Source: Ascidiella aspersa (Eukaryota). Taken from it: a stretch of 64,000 bases of DNA. The stretch's first letter is position 1. Each line of letters opens with the position of its first letter. Location of the stretch: contig OZ004609.1 in the NCBI GenBank assembly GCA_963924565.1, forward strand, positions 28,768,001-28,832,000, written 5' to 3'. The position numbers and the translations under genes were made by a program. Under the pieces are notes generated by a model. That model did not search any database, was not told the DNA's origin, and saw only the letters and a program-made list of their open reading frames with translations. Below are positions 62,701 to 64,000 of the stretch, in pieces.

Positions 62701-64000
62701 TAAAACTGAAATATGTCGGTATCGTGTATGTATACAGTCTTGGGAAGTCGCACCTGTGCTCAATGCTATTTTTGTGAATGCCTGTTGACACTAAATACGG
62801 TATATTCAAAGCAAGAAAAAAATGAATCACATAGCCATGAAAGCCATGAAGTCGGGATGAGTAGGGGTATAAACCTTAAAAGTAGATTGTATCTTTAAAA
62901 TTAGAGTGCATAAAAGATGAAACGATTTAGCATCGATTTTCCGCTTTAATATTGCACTTAAAAGCATTTAACATGCTGCGTTTCGAACCTGGCGAATTTT
63001 GAGGTCTCATAATTCGTGCCGTTTACCGACAATACGCTCGTTAATCATACAGTCATCAATTCGCGTATGAATGCGCTGTCCATCTGTAAATCATAGAGGA
63101 GGGGCCAAAAGGGTGCCGCGTCTCCATTGTAGCCCATAATCGTGCTGCGAGCTTTAATCCCAACCCACCGAGCTATCGACAAACGGTCATTCATCCTCTG
63201 CGCACAAAGTATTATTAAGATATACACTGGCTACGATGGCCCTGCTGTCAGCAGTCGCACTTAAGCCTTGAAAGCGAACTTATAGCGCAACTGTACGCCC
63301 GGTGCTGGTGGTCACGGACGATTTGCTTTAATGTGTAATGTCTGCCGATCGAAAACCTAAAGCTTTTTGACTTGGTCGTTCGGGGTGCGGCCACTCGGCT
63401 TTGAACTGACCCGATGGCTTAAGCCGCTCGTTCGTCTGCCTGGCATAGTTTGACGGTGAACCTTTGGTTTTCACGCAATTGAAACCTGTTGCGAGGCTAC
63501 GATCGTGTTATGTCGTCGTTGCATCGCGTCAAGGCGTTTACGAAGGTTTATGTTTTTTTCGTGTTTCCTGCTGTCAAGAAACGAAACGTAAATACTTACG
63601 CGACCCCCTAATTTTGGTGTATACCACAAAACCAGAGTCAATTAGAATCACATTACAATTTGCAAACTGCTGTTAAGGAACGGATAGGAAATTTATTTTA
63701 AAACTTAAATTCCATGTTTCCTGTTGTGCTACGTTTTTGGTCGAAATGCATTAAGGGCCTTCATTTATAATATTGCCTAAATAATTCCATTCACAAAAGG
63801 TGGCTTTAACCGCCATGCAAGCACAGAATATGTATAGTTGCAATAGATTTGCCAATTTGGTTGATTTGGGGATTTTTGTTGAAATACCCATAAACCAGTT
63901 TTCATTTGGAAACCAAGGTTAACCACAGGAACGAAACCCCCAGGTCAACTGCAAATCGAAAAAGAAAAATCAATGGAAACAAAATTGCATAAAACTCGAC
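39550..64000. promoter_or_regulatory. CpG-rich, nearly transposon-free intronic domain of Robo; probable array of cis-regulatory modules
   Basis: Abundant CG/CGCG and no recognisable MITE termini after ~39490. GC-rich blocks contain many TAATT/TAATCC, ACAAT, GGAA, CAGGTG and TGACGTCA motifs. Regulatory function is inferred, not shown. Confidence 0.45.

Noticed and set aside
39542-63676. Dozens of 60-225 aa ORFs on both strands (e.g. 40165-40842, 56194-56634, 59745-60203)
   Set aside because: Arg/Ser/Cys/Pro-rich translations with no family motifs, mostly non-ATG starts, overlapping on both strands; expected by chance in GC-rich intronic DNA.
50753-64000. Further Robo exons (Ig2 onward)
   Set aside because: No phase-1 exon with Ig2 motifs (C.PP.G.P.P...W.KD) was found by eye; the next exon probably lies beyond the window, though a very short exon could have been missed.

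Overview
Eukaryotic (metazoan) genomic DNA, most likely an invertebrate chordate such as an ascidian. That assignment is an inference from short AT-rich introns, acceptor-like sites just upstream of start codons and the gene content. The window has two very different halves. Left (1 to ~36 kb): AT-rich and repeat-dense. It holds four apparently intact genes: an intronless DHRS4-like SDR, a 4-exon claudin/clarin-like tetraspan gene, a 3-exon carbohydrate sulfotransferase and a 4-exon CENP-H. It also holds decayed duplicates of the tetraspan and sulfotransferase genes, many hAT-type MITEs (one nested), two near-identical inverted solo LTRs each with its own 5-bp TSD, and short Penelope-like remnants with minimal hammerhead ribozyme motifs. 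Right (~34.5 to 64 kb): the 5' end of a Roundabout (Robo) receptor gene, with a signal-peptide exon, a probable alternative two-exon N-terminus and two exons encoding Ig1. Its large introns (10 kb and >13 kb) are nearly transposon-free and CpG-rich, and alternate GC-rich blocks with AT-rich spacers at roughly 0.8-0.9 kb intervals. Most ORFs in the supplied track are spurious. Gene models were assembled by hand from splice signals, reading phase and recalled family motifs; no database searches were run.
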